Assembly: GCA_016714005.1 (NCBI GenBank)
Contig: JADJOA010000005.1
Span: 167,031 to 231,030, forward strand
Length of the DNA: 64,000 nt
DNA from: Bacteroidota bacterium
Lineage (GTDB): Bacteria; Bacteroidota; Bacteroidia; AKYH767-A; OLB10
Reading direction: 5' to 3'
Position 1 is the stretch's first letter. Each line of letters begins with the position of its first letter. Positions 11,625-21,966 of the stretch are shown here, in pieces. Below the pieces are notes generated by a model, which did not search any database, was not told where the DNA came from, and saw only the letters and a list, made by a program, of their open reading frames with translations. The translations under genes were made by a program, and so were the position numbers.

Positions 11625-12383
11625 ATGCCAACCATTTTTGTAACAGGCGCCACTGCCGGATTCGGTAAAGCCATAGCCATTAAATTTTCTCAACACGGAT
11701 GGGATGTAATTATAAACGGCAGGAGGGAAGAGCGTTTAAGAAAACTGGAAGAAGAAATAAAAACAGCTACCGGTGTTAAAGTACTCTCACTGCCGTTTGA
11801 CGTAAGAGATAACAATGCAGTGGAAACCGCCATTAAAACCATGCCGCATAACTGGAAGCATGTAGATGTGCTGGTGAACAATGCAGGGCTTGCATCGGGC
11901 TTAGGACCTATTAACGATGGACAGATTGATGACTGGAATGTAATGATAGATACAAACATTAAAGGATTGCTTTATGTTACTAAGGCTATTATGCCCGATA
12001 TGATACAACGCAAAAGCGGCCATATTATAAATATAAGCTCCATTGCAGGTAAAGAAGCTTATATGAAAGGCAACGTTTATTGTGCTACCAAGTTTGCTGT
12101 GGATGCACTTACCAAAAGTATGCGTATTGATTTGCTTGAGCATAACATTAAGGTTACATCTGTTTGCCCGGGTGCTGCCGAAACGGAATTTTCGCTGGTG
12201 CGGTTAAAAGGAGATGCCGAGCGTGCCAAAAATGTTTACGCAGGCTATGAGCCGTTAAGAGCCGATGACATTGCCGATGTAGTTTACTTTGCTGCCTCGC
12301 GGCCCGCACATGTATGCTTAAATGACATAGTAATTATGCCCACTGCCCAGGCAAACACAAGTCATTTGATAAGGAAAACATAG
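11625..12383 (+). CDS. SDR-family NADP-dependent oxidoreductase (YdfG-like)
   Basis: 252-aa intact ORF with TGATAGFGKA (TGxxxGxG), NNAG and YCATK (YxxxK). Confidence 0.85.
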   Translation: MPTIFVTGATAGFGKAIAIKFSQHGWDVIINGRREERLRKLEEEIKTATGVKVLSLPFDVRDNNAVETAIKTMPHNWKHVDVLVNNAGLASGLGPINDGQIDDWNVMIDTNIKGLLYVTKAIMPDMIQRKSGHIINISSIAGKEAYMKGNVYCATKFAVDALTKSMRIDLLEHNIKVTSVCPGAAETEFSLVRLKGDAERAKNVYAGYEPLRADDIADVVYFAASRPAHVCLNDIVIMPTAQANTSHLIRKT

Positions 12384-12384
12384 G

Positions 12385-12912
12385 TTATTTTTTGCGTTGC
12401 CTTTCTACCAGGTTCAATATCAAACGGTGATTGGTGAAAAGGAAAAAGCCTACCAATATTTGTAAGGAATAATAAATCAAACTTCTTGTGTTAGGGCTCT
12501 CTCCAAATTTTATTCCTCTTTGTTTATCTCCAACAAATGTATAAGCGCTTTTGAAAAAATCAGGTATTGCTTCAGAAAAAATAAAAAGCCCCGATAGTAT
12601 AATGACTATGCTGATAATTGTTGAGCGATGGATGTTTAGCTCAAATTTATCTTCTTTAAAATGTTTATCAAGAGACAGTTTGTCAACAATCCAGTCTGGT
12701 TTAAAAATACAATACCTGAGTATAAGATAGTAAACTAAGAGTTGCAATAAGATAGCCAAAACACCAATTAACATAACATCTTTACTATTATCAGTGCCAA
12801 AGGCAATACTAAACAGATTTGAAAAAGCACCCGGAATAATTACAAGAGATTCTAGTATGAAATAGATACCAGATACTTTAATCAGAATAATAAATAAACT
12901 TCTGGGTGTCAT
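12385..12912 (-). CDS. hypothetical membrane protein (about 4 TM)
   Basis: 175-aa intact ORF with hydrophobic helices. No family recognised. Confidence 0.4.
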   Translation of the reverse strand: MTPRSLFIILIKVSGIYFILESLVIIPGAFSNLFSIAFGTDNSKDVMLIGVLAILLQLLVYYLILRYCIFKPDWIVDKLSLDKHFKEDKFELNIHRSTIISIVIILSGLFIFSEAIPDFFKSAYTFVGDKQRGIKFGESPNTRSLIYYSLQILVGFFLFTNHRLILNLVERQRKK

Positions 12913-12946
12913 AGGCTTTAATCTAAATTATTAATGGATGATTACA

Positions 12947-15659
12947 TTATTTTATTTTAACTGTAATTGCCTTCCTCTGAAAACCAAATTCTAAAATTTT
13001 GTCAATAAAATCGTAAGGCTTGTAATGATTGATGGCTGCCTGGTGGAAAATACAAGTGGCTGGAGTCATGCCAGGCAGTGAGTTTACTTCAATAAAGAAA
13101 ACTTCTACGCGGCTGTCTTCTTTTATTTTTACAAAGCATCAATGCGCGCATAACCTTGTATGTTTAAAAGTGTGGCTGCATCTTTCAATTGTTTCTTTAC
13201 TACTTCTGCAATCATCTTATTTTCTATCGTTACCTTGCTGTAACGTGCAGGCGTTATGTTTTGTCCTTGCCCTGCCAAAAATTTTTCTTCTAAAGAAAGT
13301 ACTTCGCCCTCGCTTAATGTTTCGCTCGGTTCAAACATTTCAAACTCCACTTCGCCCTTGGCATTATAGTGTGTAAGCATACCTCCCGTTACTTCCAAAA
13401 AATGTTTGGTGCCATCAGCATTTACCAGTGTCTCAATTAAAAAAGATTTTTTGCGCGGAAATTCTTCGTTAAATTTAACTTTAAGTAATGAGGCTGCTTT
13501 TTCATTTAACGCATCTTCTTTACGGAACATCAGTTCGGCAAAGGCATGTAACTGGTTTTCGTTACGCAGTACCTTTACAGCACTGCTACAGCCATCGTCA
13601 ACAGGTTTGGCAATAACCGGAAAACTAAACTGCGCTTTAATTTTATCTTCAATAGCCGATGGGTTGTTTCTCCACTCATCTTCAAACACCAGCATGTGCC
13701 CGGCTGCTTTAAAGCCATGTTGTAATAAAATTTCGTTGGTTTTAAATTTATCAATAGTGGTTTGAGATGACTCTACACCACTGCCATTAAACGGCAAGCC
13801 CACTCTTATCAGGTTTTGTTGTATAACACCATCTTCGCCCGGGCGACCATGCAATGCAATAAAAACTCCTTCCACTTGTTTTGCCAAATCCTCGTAAGAA
13901 ACTTTTACCGGAGACTCTAAGTTTTTTTCTGAAGAATAATTTTCTGTCAACTCTTTACACTCATCTATAATTTTATTGATGACAGAGTGTCTTTTAAAAG
14001 AAAGAATTTTTTCCTTTATATCATCAGCATTGTCTTTTAAAAGAATGTTTACAGGTATACGGTAAATTTCATGGGCTGCATCATTACCCATCAGAAAAAA
14101 CGGAATGGGTTCGTATTTCTCACTGCTGCTTAGTTTTTCGTAAATGTTTCTTCCGCTTTCAACTGATATGTGTCTTTCTGTACTATAACCGCCCATTATT
14201 ACAGCAATGCGTGTTTTCTTTTTCTGCAGCGATTTTTTATCGGAAAGCAACCTGCTAAAACGATCGAGCAAAAGCGGAGTGGTGCGGTAGTTCTTTAAAT
14301 CGTTTAAACGGTTTTTTAAAGAAACATAAATAATGTAGGTAATAAACTGTGATGGGTTCAATCCTATTTCAGCCGCCTGGTGAAAAAGAAACTGCTTGGC
14401 ATCATGCCTGAAGTAGTGTTGGGATCATTCAGAAAAACTTTACCATCGTTACCATAAAAACCATCAATGCGTGCATATACATTAAATTGCAAAGCATTGT
14501 AAAGTTTACCGCATTCTGTTCTTATCTTTTCAATACCGTCATCATCAATTTGTATAGGTGTTATTTTGCGCGATAAGCCGGGCAAATATTTACTGCGGTA
14601 ATCAAATACTTCTTTTCCTTTTTTTATTTCAGTAGGAGGTAAGGCGCATGGCTTTCGATCTGTATTTTCAATTACAATACACGAAAATTCTTTTCCTTCA
14701 ATAAACTGTTCAATCAATACTTCGCTCTCAGCTTCTACAGCTTCAATGGTAATCTCCTCGTCCATTTCAGCAAACAGGTTGAGGATAACAGACAGCAGTT
14801 CTTCGGGATGGAAAATTATTTTGCTGCCAATCTTTACAGGCATACCAATTCCTTCTCTTATATCTGCAAGAGTTCGTATGTATTCTACCCGCTGCTCGTG
14901 ACTAAGTTGAGTAAAATTTTCGCGTTTGATGGTATGAATGAAAAAGGCTTTGTTAACGGCATCGGTAAGCGTTGCAACATTTTCTTTGGTTATAACACTA
15001 ACACCAATAGATGAGCCCTGGTTGGCAGGTTTAATAACGCATGGCAAGCCAACATTCTTTTCAATAACATCAGCGAAGTTTTTTATGCTCTTGCTTTTCC
15101 ATTCGTGTCTTGAAACAGAGAAAAAAGCTGGAACATTAAAACCGGCATGTTGCATCAGCTTTTTCTGAACCACTTTATTCATGCCAATAGCACTTGACAA
15201 AATTCCCGATCCGGTGTATGGAATTCGGTAATATTCAAGCAAGCCCTGTATGCGGCCATCTTCGCCATCATTGCCATGCAGGCATAAAAAAGCAAGGTCA
15301 ATTATTTCTGATAATGCGCTGGGTTCAATTTTAGTTCCGAGCTTTGATGCTAATTTTATTTGCTCACTTATGGTTAGGTCGCCAATGCTTTCGGCATAAA
15401 TCTGAAACTCGTTTGCCGATTCGGGCAATGATTCTATATGCGGATAAAAATCCCTTATGCTTCCTTTGTAAACATATTGCAAGTCTAAAATAATTAAGTT
15501 GCCAAAACTGTCGGCAAATATTGGCACTGCATCAAACAACGACTTGTCTAAATTATCGTAAACGGTGCGGCCACCTGCAAAAGAAACTTCACGCTCGCGC
15601 GATGAACCGCCAAATATGATTCCTATTCTTATTTTCATACTTAAAACCAAATTTATCAA
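12947..15659 (-). pseudogene. tandem double D-alanine--D-alanine ligase-like (ATP-grasp) fusion protein of about 900 aa, two frameshifts as read
   Basis: Module 1 (14364-15659) runs KIRIGIIFGGSSREREVSFAGG...NDPNTTSGMMPSS. Adding a base to the A-run at 14383-14387 reads through FFFHQAAEIGLNPSQFITYII... into module 2 (KTRIAVIMGGYSTERHISVESG...GYARIDA). Adding a base at 13133-13135 continues FVKIKEDSRVEVFFIEVNSLPGMTPATCIFHQAA... to the stop at 12947-12949. Confidence 0.7.
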
Positions 15660-15830
15660 ACAAAACTATACATAATAATTTGTCACCCGCATGTTGCTTT
15701 AGGTTAGTTTTCAAAAAGTAAAAGTGAATTAGCCGCACACTTTGTTGTACTATTTTTAGAAGCTGTTTAAATTTGTTTGGTATGCCTGTTGTGGATTGAA
15801 TTTGTAGTAAGAAGCACAATCAATATATTT

Positions 15831-15962
15831 TTGACACAGATTCACAGATTTTATAAGGCAATTAAAGCGCTTCGCTTTAAAATTTTTACAAATTACAGGC
15901 TGCAAAGCAGTTTCAGTGAAAATCAACCATTCAATTTTAATTAATCTCTGAATTTGTGTTAA
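15831..15962. repeat. MITE-like intergenic repeat, copy 1 (about 130 bp, inverted termini TTGACACAGATTCACAGATT / AATCTCTGAATTTGTGTT)
   Basis: It aligns over its whole length (roughly 75-80% by eye) with the reverse complement of 19412-19545. It carries an internal palindrome, TTAAAGCGCTTCGCTTTAA. Confidence 0.7.
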
Positions 15963-16006
15963 AAAAAATAAGTATAAGCAAACTTTTAGATAAATTTTAA
16001 CAACTC

Positions 16007-16320
16007 CTAATAATCATTGGTAAGCATGTTATAAGCTGACATGAGTTCTGCTTTTGCATGGTTATTTTTAATGCGGGTAGCTGTTTCAATACTGCTTTTA
16101 TATGCAGCGGCAGCCTCTGCAGTATTTGTTTTTTCAAGCGCCTGCCCCAATTGATAATAAGCAGCCACATAATCAGGATTTAAAGTAATTACTTTTTTGA
16201 GAAGTTGAATGGCTGTGTGGTGCTGATTAATTTTTAAATGCTCAAGCGCCAAAGCGTAAAGTGAAAAATATCGTTTGGGTCTTCTTTTAAAAATTCCTGT
16301 AACTGTTGTATGCGCAACAT
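16007..16320 (-). pseudogene. small TPR-repeat protein, frameshifted as read
   Basis: 81-aa ORF with TPR-like sequence (AIQLLKKVITLNPDYVAAYYQLGQALEK). The N-terminus MLRIQQLQEFLKEDPNDIF (ATG at 16320) joins after an indel in the A-run at 16264-16268. Confidence 0.6.
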
Positions 16321-16332
16321 TACCTTAGTAAC

Positions 16333-16913
16333 TTATCCGTGAATGGTTTCTTTTACGCCAAACTGGTTTATGATTTCGCCTTCGTAGTCTAAAAATTCCT
16401 GCCAGCGTTTTTCTACATCTTCGCCATTGGCATATTGGCGGGCATAGCCAATAAAAGTGGTGTAATGGTTGGCTTCGCTAATCATTAATTCTTTGTAAAA
16501 TTCCTTTAGTTCAGGGTCGGTAATATTTTCACTCAATACACTGAATCGTTCGCAACTGCGTGCTTCAATGATAGCTGCAAAAAGCAGGTGATCTATAAGG
16601 CGGGTTGTTTTGGAGCCGCCCTTGCGCCTGAAGTTGTATAGCAGGTTTACGTATTCATCTTTTCTTTCGGGACCTAATACCAAACCACGGGCTTTTATTT
16701 TTTCGTGTACCATATTAAAGTGCATCAACTCTTCCTGTGCTATGGCAACTAATCCTTCTATCATATCTGTTTTATCAGGATAATGCACAATTAAAGAAAT
16801 GGCATTGCTGGCAGCTTTTTGCTCGCACCAGGCATGGTCGGTTAAAATTTCGGAAATATTTTTTCTACCAAGTTAACCCAACGCGGGTCGGTAGCCAATT
16901 TTAGTTTAAACAT
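16333..16913 (-). pseudogene. miaE: tRNA-(ms2io6A37)-hydroxylase MiaE, frameshifted as read
   Basis: Ferritin-like diiron motifs are present (EELMHF, EARSCERF, SEANHY). The N-terminus MFKLKLATDPRWVNLVEKNISEILTDHAWCEQKAA joins if one base is added to the T-run at 16859-16864. Confidence 0.8.
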
Positions 16914-17057
16914 TTTTTTGTTTGCAGATTGTATGTTCCATTTATTATCTTTCGTATCTATATCAAAGCTATTCTTGATTAATTTTTAAAGCGTCATCCG
17001 TTGCTACTTTCCGACTTCCTTATTCAAACAATTTTTTGTGATCCTGATTTTGAATTA

Positions 17058-17957
17058 CTATTTGAGTTTCATTACTTGCTCTAACAATGGTGGAAGTCCA
17101 CTTGGATTAATTTGGTCGTTGTTCCAAAAACTCATTACACAACTTACAAAATTATTCCTCACTGGTGCTGCAATAAAATAAACTGTTAATGTTTTACCTC
17201 CACTCATACCAACTAAAACGGAATTAACTCCTGTAATATCAAAGATAATTTTTTTTGCGTTTGTTTCTGCTCCTTCAAAAATAACTGCAACGGTTGTGTC
17301 TGAAACTATCTTGCCTTTATTGCCAGCTTTGATGGACATAAATTGATTATTTACACTTGATGTAGCATCTTCAAGGGTTTTGTGAACACTCCAATTCAAT
17401 TGTCCCCAGTAAGGACATTGAACATTATTAATTCCCATCCATCTGCAACCGCTCCCCAATGGAATTTTTCTACCTGCAAAATTTATATCATCAATGTTTA
17501 ACGATGAATAAACCTCTTTTGGAATAGCATTATCTTTTATTAGTCGTGCAAACTTCCTTTCCAATTCTTTCTCAGTTTTGTTTATTGTTATAAATGAAAT
17601 GCCTACTACTTTGTCCTCAGCATTTTTAAAAAAGTAGTAATTCATGTTCATGGTAAGTTGCTCGGTAGCAACTTTTGATTTGGAAACATAATAGTTTGGA
17701 AACTCCATTGTGCTGTCAGAGGATGTAATTTCTTTTTCTCTTACTGATAGATTTTTAAACTTCTTGGAAATGTTCTTCGGGTTTAATTCCGTTTCTACTT
17801 TTTGAACTGTAATTTCAATTCCATCAACATTAAAAAAGTCAATGCCACTGTTTGAAATTCCATTCAGCCTGGAAAATAAACTAGTGCTATCTTGTCCAAA
17901 AACAAAGCAAGTAGTCAATAATAGAATTAAGGTAAGTAGTTTGGTCTTCTCTATCAT
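17058..17957 (-). CDS. hypothetical secreted protein
   Basis: 299-aa intact ORF with a signal peptide (LLTLILLLTTCFVFGQ). No family recognised. Its start overlaps the upstream ORF's stop by ATGA. Confidence 0.45.
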   Translation of the reverse strand: MIEKTKLLTLILLLTTCFVFGQDSTSLFSRLNGISNSGIDFFNVDGIEITVQKVETELNPKNISKKFKNLSVREKEITSSDSTMEFPNYYVSKSKVATEQLTMNMNYYFFKNAEDKVVGISFITINKTEKELERKFARLIKDNAIPKEVYSSLNIDDINFAGRKIPLGSGCRWMGINNVQCPYWGQLNWSVHKTLEDATSSVNNQFMSIKAGNKGKIVSDTTVAVIFEGAETNAKKIIFDITGVNSVLVGMSGGKTLTVYFIAAPVRNNFVSCVMSFWNNDQINPSGLPPLLEQVMKLK

Positions 17958-18343
17958 TTTGTCATTGTGAAAGTGTAAATTGGTCGTCCTTTTTCGTCAG
18001 ATGTTTTAATCCAGTTCTCTTTGTTCTTTGGGTCATTAAATGAAAGTCTATCGGCTTGAAAGATTGTAAACTTTGTAAACCATGAGGTAGGAGAAGCATC
18101 CTTTCTAAAATTTATTCTTCTTGCTAAGACACTATCATGAGGATAAACAACAAAAGGCAAAGTCATTTCAAATGGTCCCATTTGGCTTCGCTTCATTACA
18201 CTTGCCTTAAAATTTAGAGTTTTGTCTGTTGTATTTTTCACATAGAAAGTTGTTAAGGGATAATTATTGATACAACTTGTACAAGTCAACATAAAAACAA
18301 TTGGCATCAAAACATACATTTGGCGGGACACGGTTATTATCAA
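17954..18343 (-). CDS. hypothetical lipoprotein
   Basis: 129-aa intact ORF with a signal/lipobox-like N-terminus (MPIVFMLTCTSC). It overlaps the downstream ORF by ATGA at 17954-17957. Confidence 0.45.
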   Translation of the reverse strand: MIITVSRQMYVLMPIVFMLTCTSCINNYPLTTFYVKNTTDKTLNFKASVMKRSQMGPFEMTLPFVVYPHDSVLARRINFRKDASPTSWFTKFTIFQADRLSFNDPKNKENWIKTSDEKGRPIYTFTMTK

Positions 18344-18440
18344 GTTTAATTAGTACGAATTTAACTTATTAAAAGTCCTGATACTTGAAGTTTTAGCAAG
18401 AAACTACAGGTATGATTAATCAGTTATTTACTCTAATACT

Positions 18441-19313
18441 CTAAATATGCTTCTCCGCATGATAGCTCGAACGTACTAATGGTCCACTCTCTACATAATT
18501 AAATCCAATTTGCAGACCTATTGCTTTATACTCTGCAAATTTATCGGGATGAATAAACGATGCAACGGGTAAATGTTCTTTTGTTGGTTGAAGATACTGA
18601 CCAATGGTTACAATGTTTACACCGGCATTTTTTAAATCGTTTAGTGTTTCTACAACCTCTTCTTCTGCCTCGCCAAGCCCAAGCATAATACCCGATTTTG
18701 TTTTAACACCGGCAGCGCTAATTTGCTTTAGCGCATCTAAACTTCTGTGGTACTTTGCCTGAACACGTACCATTTTGGTAAGTCGCCTTACAGTTTCAAT
18801 ATTGTGAGACATTACCTCGGGCTTCTCATTAATTACCAATTGCAAATTATCCCATTTGCCGGCAAAATCGCCAACAAGTGTTTCCATAGTTGTACCCGGT
18901 GAAATTCTGCGAATGGCTCTTATTGTTTCTACCCAAATATTAGCACCACCGTCTTTTAAATCATCTCTGTCAACACTGGTAACAACACAGTGCTTTACCT
19001 TCATTATTTTAACGCTCTTGGCAATACGCACCGGTTCAAAAGGGTCAACAGCATCTGGTCTGCCGGTGGCAACAGCGCAAAACTGGCATGAGCGCGTACA
19101 TACATTTCCTAAAATCATAAATGTGGCTGTGCCCGCTCCCCAGCATTCGCCCATATTAGGGCAGTTTCCGCTCTCGCATATTGTATGCAGTTTGTTTTCG
19201 TCAACCAGCTTACGCACCATACGGTACTCCTCGCCAATGGGTAATTTAACCTTTAGCCAATTGGGTTTTTTGGTGCGCGGGTTTAAATCCGTAATCTGAT
19301 TATTGCTTTCCAT
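18441..19313 (-). CDS. lipA: lipoyl synthase
   Basis: 290 aa with both cysteine clusters, [12 protein letters not shown] and the radical-SAM CTRSCQFC. Confidence 0.95.
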   Translation of the reverse strand: MESNNQITDLNPRTKKPNWLKVKLPIGEEYRMVRKLVDENKLHTICESGNCPNMGECWGAGTATFMILGNVCTRSCQFCAVATGRPDAVDPFEPVRIAKSVKIMKVKHCVVTSVDRDDLKDGGANIWVETIRAIRRISPGTTMETLVGDFAGKWDNLQLVINEKPEVMSHNIETVRRLTKMVRVQAKYHRSLDALKQISAAGVKTKSGIMLGLGEAEEEVVETLNDLKNAGVNIVTIGQYLQPTKEHLPVASFIHPDKFAEYKAIGLQIGFNYVESGPLVRSSYHAEKHI

Positions 19314-19411
19314 TAGCGCAAAAATAGAAATTTAAAGGAGGGTATCAGCCACAGATTTTCACAGAATATTTTTTTGTAGAATTTTTCTAAAAATATGTTA
19401 TGCTTATTTTT

Positions 19412-19545
19412 TTGACACAGATTTACAGATTAAATAAAAATGGAATAGATGATTTTGACTAATACTTCTTTGCGGCAATCAATTTGTGTGAATTTTAAAG
19501 CGAAGCGCTTTAATTGGCTTTAAAAAATCTGTAAATCTGTGTTTA
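19412..19545. repeat. MITE-like intergenic repeat, copy 2 (inverted relative to copy 1)
   Basis: Termini are TTGACACAGATTTACAGATT (19412-19431) and AATCTGTAAATCTGTGTT (19526-19543), with the internal palindrome TTAAAGCGAAGCGCTTTAA. A solo terminus-like half site, CCACAGATTTTCACAGAAT, lies at about 19349-19367. Confidence 0.7.
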
Positions 19546-19657
19546 AAGAACCTGACTCTATCAGACTTAAAATGTAATATGCGGCTTTTATTAAAATTCA
19601 ATCGCACAGCCGGTTAAATTAGAATTTGTAATCTTACAAAGTCAAATAGAATAGAAC

Positions 19658-20022
19658 ATGCGAAAAATCATTATCATTTTAATTACAGTAATTATTATTG
19701 GACTTGTTTTGTTTTTTGTGATTGCAGGCTATACCTATAGTGAAGGCTCGCGCACAGGCTATCTCACCAAATTTAGTAAACGCGGCTATGTTTTAAAAAC
19801 TTATGAGGGTGAGTTAAACCTTGGTGGAATGAATGCTCAAAACAACAGTGTTATGAATAACCTTTGGGATTTTTCGGTACTTTCAAAAGACGCAGCCGCT
19901 ATTGATAGTTTACAGCATTACGAAGGAAGTGTGGTTAAGTTATATTACAAGCAGGTGTTAAAAAACATGCCCGGCAAGGAGATACCGATTACTTTGTTTT
20001 TAAGGTAGAGAAGGTGAGGTGA
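19658..20022 (+). pseudogene. small N-terminally membrane-anchored conserved hypothetical protein, frameshifted near the 3' end as read
   Basis: 116-aa ORF with a TM anchor (IIIILITVIIIGLVLFFVIAG). A one-base shift near the C/G run at about 19970 gives a C-terminus ...RQGDTDYFVFKVEKVR* with its stop at 20020-20022. Confidence 0.45.
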
Positions 20023-20026
20023 GAAT

Positions 20027-21304
20027 TTATTTGAAAGCATCTAGAATTAGTTGGTATACTTTTTCTATTATATTCATTTTAGTTATTGTAAGCGTCATAA
20101 ATATCGAATAAAGAATTATAAATAGTCTAGAAAAATTATTAATTACCCCTCTGAATTTCTCTAGTTGTGAAACAGGAGAATTAATTTTTCCGGCAGAGTC
20201 AATGACCTCTTGGTAATCTTCGGTAACATCCATTTGGGATTCATTTATATTCATATTTACATAGGAAGCCAGTATTGGATTTAAGTGATTTTTTAGATTT
20301 TTATTTAACATTTCAGTACTTATATTTTCTTCTCCACCAAGCTGTTTTATCAATTCAGGTCTATCATTTATTAGTTTTTCAAGTTCTGCAACTGCTTTTC
20401 TATGTTTAAGGAATATTTCCTTAACTTGTAATAAGTTAGTCTTGTTTATTGATATTTTATTTTTCACCTTATTGTAATCAGAATCATAATTAAGGCATTT
20501 AGCATTTAATTTTGATTTTTCATAGTAGTACCTTAAGGCATTCAACTTTATTGGTAAAATTAATATTAGTACAGAGAAATAAACTAAGCAGTTCGAAAAT
20601 TTTTGGTCATCATTATGAAACAGCCCATGAAAAAATTCTCCAATAGAGGGGGAAAAATATTTTATATTGAACCATACTAATAATCCAAAGAAAATAATTG
20701 TTGCCACTCGGAATTTAAAAATCTTGACAATGAACAAGGCGAGTTTTTCAGATAAGTTTGTAATAGCAAAGTATACAAAAAAAGTCAACATAATGAGTAG
20801 GTTGAAATTCCAAACTTGAGTAGTTAGTAATTCTTGGCTATAAGTAAGACCATTAATAATTAAGAGATACAGGCAATATAAAACCGCCATGAGCGTAATA
20901 GGAGTTAAAGGATTAAGGGACTCAATTAGTATTTTTTGCAATTGATCTTCTTGGTCAAATAGATTAGATTGCTGAGTTGATATTTCCTCTAATTCGTTGA
21001 TGGCGTCCTTATGATATGCTTGAGCTTTTTTAAGTGAATCATATAAAATTACGTCCTCAGTTTCAGGGTTTAATAATGTTATTTCCGAAACAATTGCTTG
21101 ATTAGAATCAATATTGATTTTCAATCTTTCTTTCCTAGATTTAAAATCATATTGATTTTTTATTTGTTTAAAACTAGACGTCAAGCCTTCAAGCAGAAAG
21201 GTTCTTATATCAGATGAAATTAAATAACCAACATAAAACGTTAAAAAAAATTCAAATAACGGATGAATCTTGTAAAGAACAGATTTTGACATTAGATAAA
21301 TCAT
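20027..21304 (-). CDS. hypothetical polytopic membrane protein (about 6 TM, two long coiled-coil-like segments); second gene of the A+T-rich cassette
   Basis: 425-aa intact ORF. Hydrophobic helices lie at about residues 15-32, 130-153, 163-183, 188-213, 236-254 and 396-415, with charged heptad-like stretches at about 50-125 and 255-395. Its start overlaps the upstream stop (ATGA at 21301-21304). No family recognised. Confidence 0.6.
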   Translation of the reverse strand: MIYLMSKSVLYKIHPLFEFFLTFYVGYLISSDIRTFLLEGLTSSFKQIKNQYDFKSRKERLKINIDSNQAIVSEITLLNPETEDVILYDSLKKAQAYHKDAINELEEISTQQSNLFDQEDQLQKILIESLNPLTPITLMAVLYCLYLLIINGLTYSQELLTTQVWNFNLLIMLTFFVYFAITNLSEKLALFIVKIFKFRVATIIFFGLLVWFNIKYFSPSIGEFFHGLFHNDDQKFSNCLVYFSVLILILPIKLNALRYYYEKSKLNAKCLNYDSDYNKVKNKISINKTNLLQVKEIFLKHRKAVAELEKLINDRPELIKQLGGEENISTEMLNKNLKNHLNPILASYVNMNINESQMDVTEDYQEVIDSAGKINSPVSQLEKFRGVINNFSRLFIILYSIFMTLTITKMNIIEKVYQLILDAFK

Positions 21305-21966
21305 AGACAGAAAGGTTTCTCTATTTGAGAAGTTTGAAGGTTATCAAAAATACTAGTTAATTTATTGCGGGTAAATGAATCGTTAAAATTTGCAATTGCT
21401 ACGTAGTTTTCAGTATCAGTTTCAAGTCTGAACATTTTACTATCGCCAACACAAAAATTATACATTTTTTTATTATGCAACTTAAGTAACTCCAAATTAC
21501 TTGTCTTTACAAGTCCAATAGAAACATTATCTGAGAAAGTTGGATTTTTTTTGTACTGCCTAATTAACTCAATCGCTTTTGAGTTTTCAGAATTAGAGTT
21601 GCTTTCAAGTTTAATTTCGATTTTAATTTTTCTATTTATTGCTGACTCCAACTCAGTAATATACTCATCCTTTGAAACATCTCCGCAAAGATTCTTCGCT
21701 AATATTTTTATATGGGAATTACTTTGTTTAAAAATATTAGATAAAATAATTCTTGCATGCACGTTATTGGAATTGGGCACAAAAAAATTAGTGCCAGTTG
21801 AGGCTAATCTTTCTATTTCTGATCTATATTTTGTCGGATCAGAATCAAAAACTGAGGAAAAGTCAAAATCCACCATTTTACTTTTTGCCTGAAATTCGAT
21901 ATGGTCTAAAGAATTATAGTGTCTATTAATTTTTAAAAATTTTCTTAAATATTCAATTATTTTCAT
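21301..21966 (-). CDS. hypothetical soluble protein; first gene of the A+T-rich cassette
   Basis: 221-aa intact ORF with no signal peptide or TM segment. The only motif noted is a weak HxR(4x)N string (VHARIILSN). No family recognised. Confidence 0.55.
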   Translation of the reverse strand: MKIIEYLRKFLKINRHYNSLDHIEFQAKSKMVDFDFSSVFDSDPTKYRSEIERLASTGTNFFVPNSNNVHARIILSNIFKQSNSHIKILAKNLCGDVSKDEYITELESAINRKIKIEIKLESNSNSENSKAIELIRQYKKNPTFSDNVSIGLVKTSNLELLKLHNKKMYNFCVGDSKMFRLETDTENYVAIANFNDSFTRNKLTSIFDNLQTSQIEKPFCL

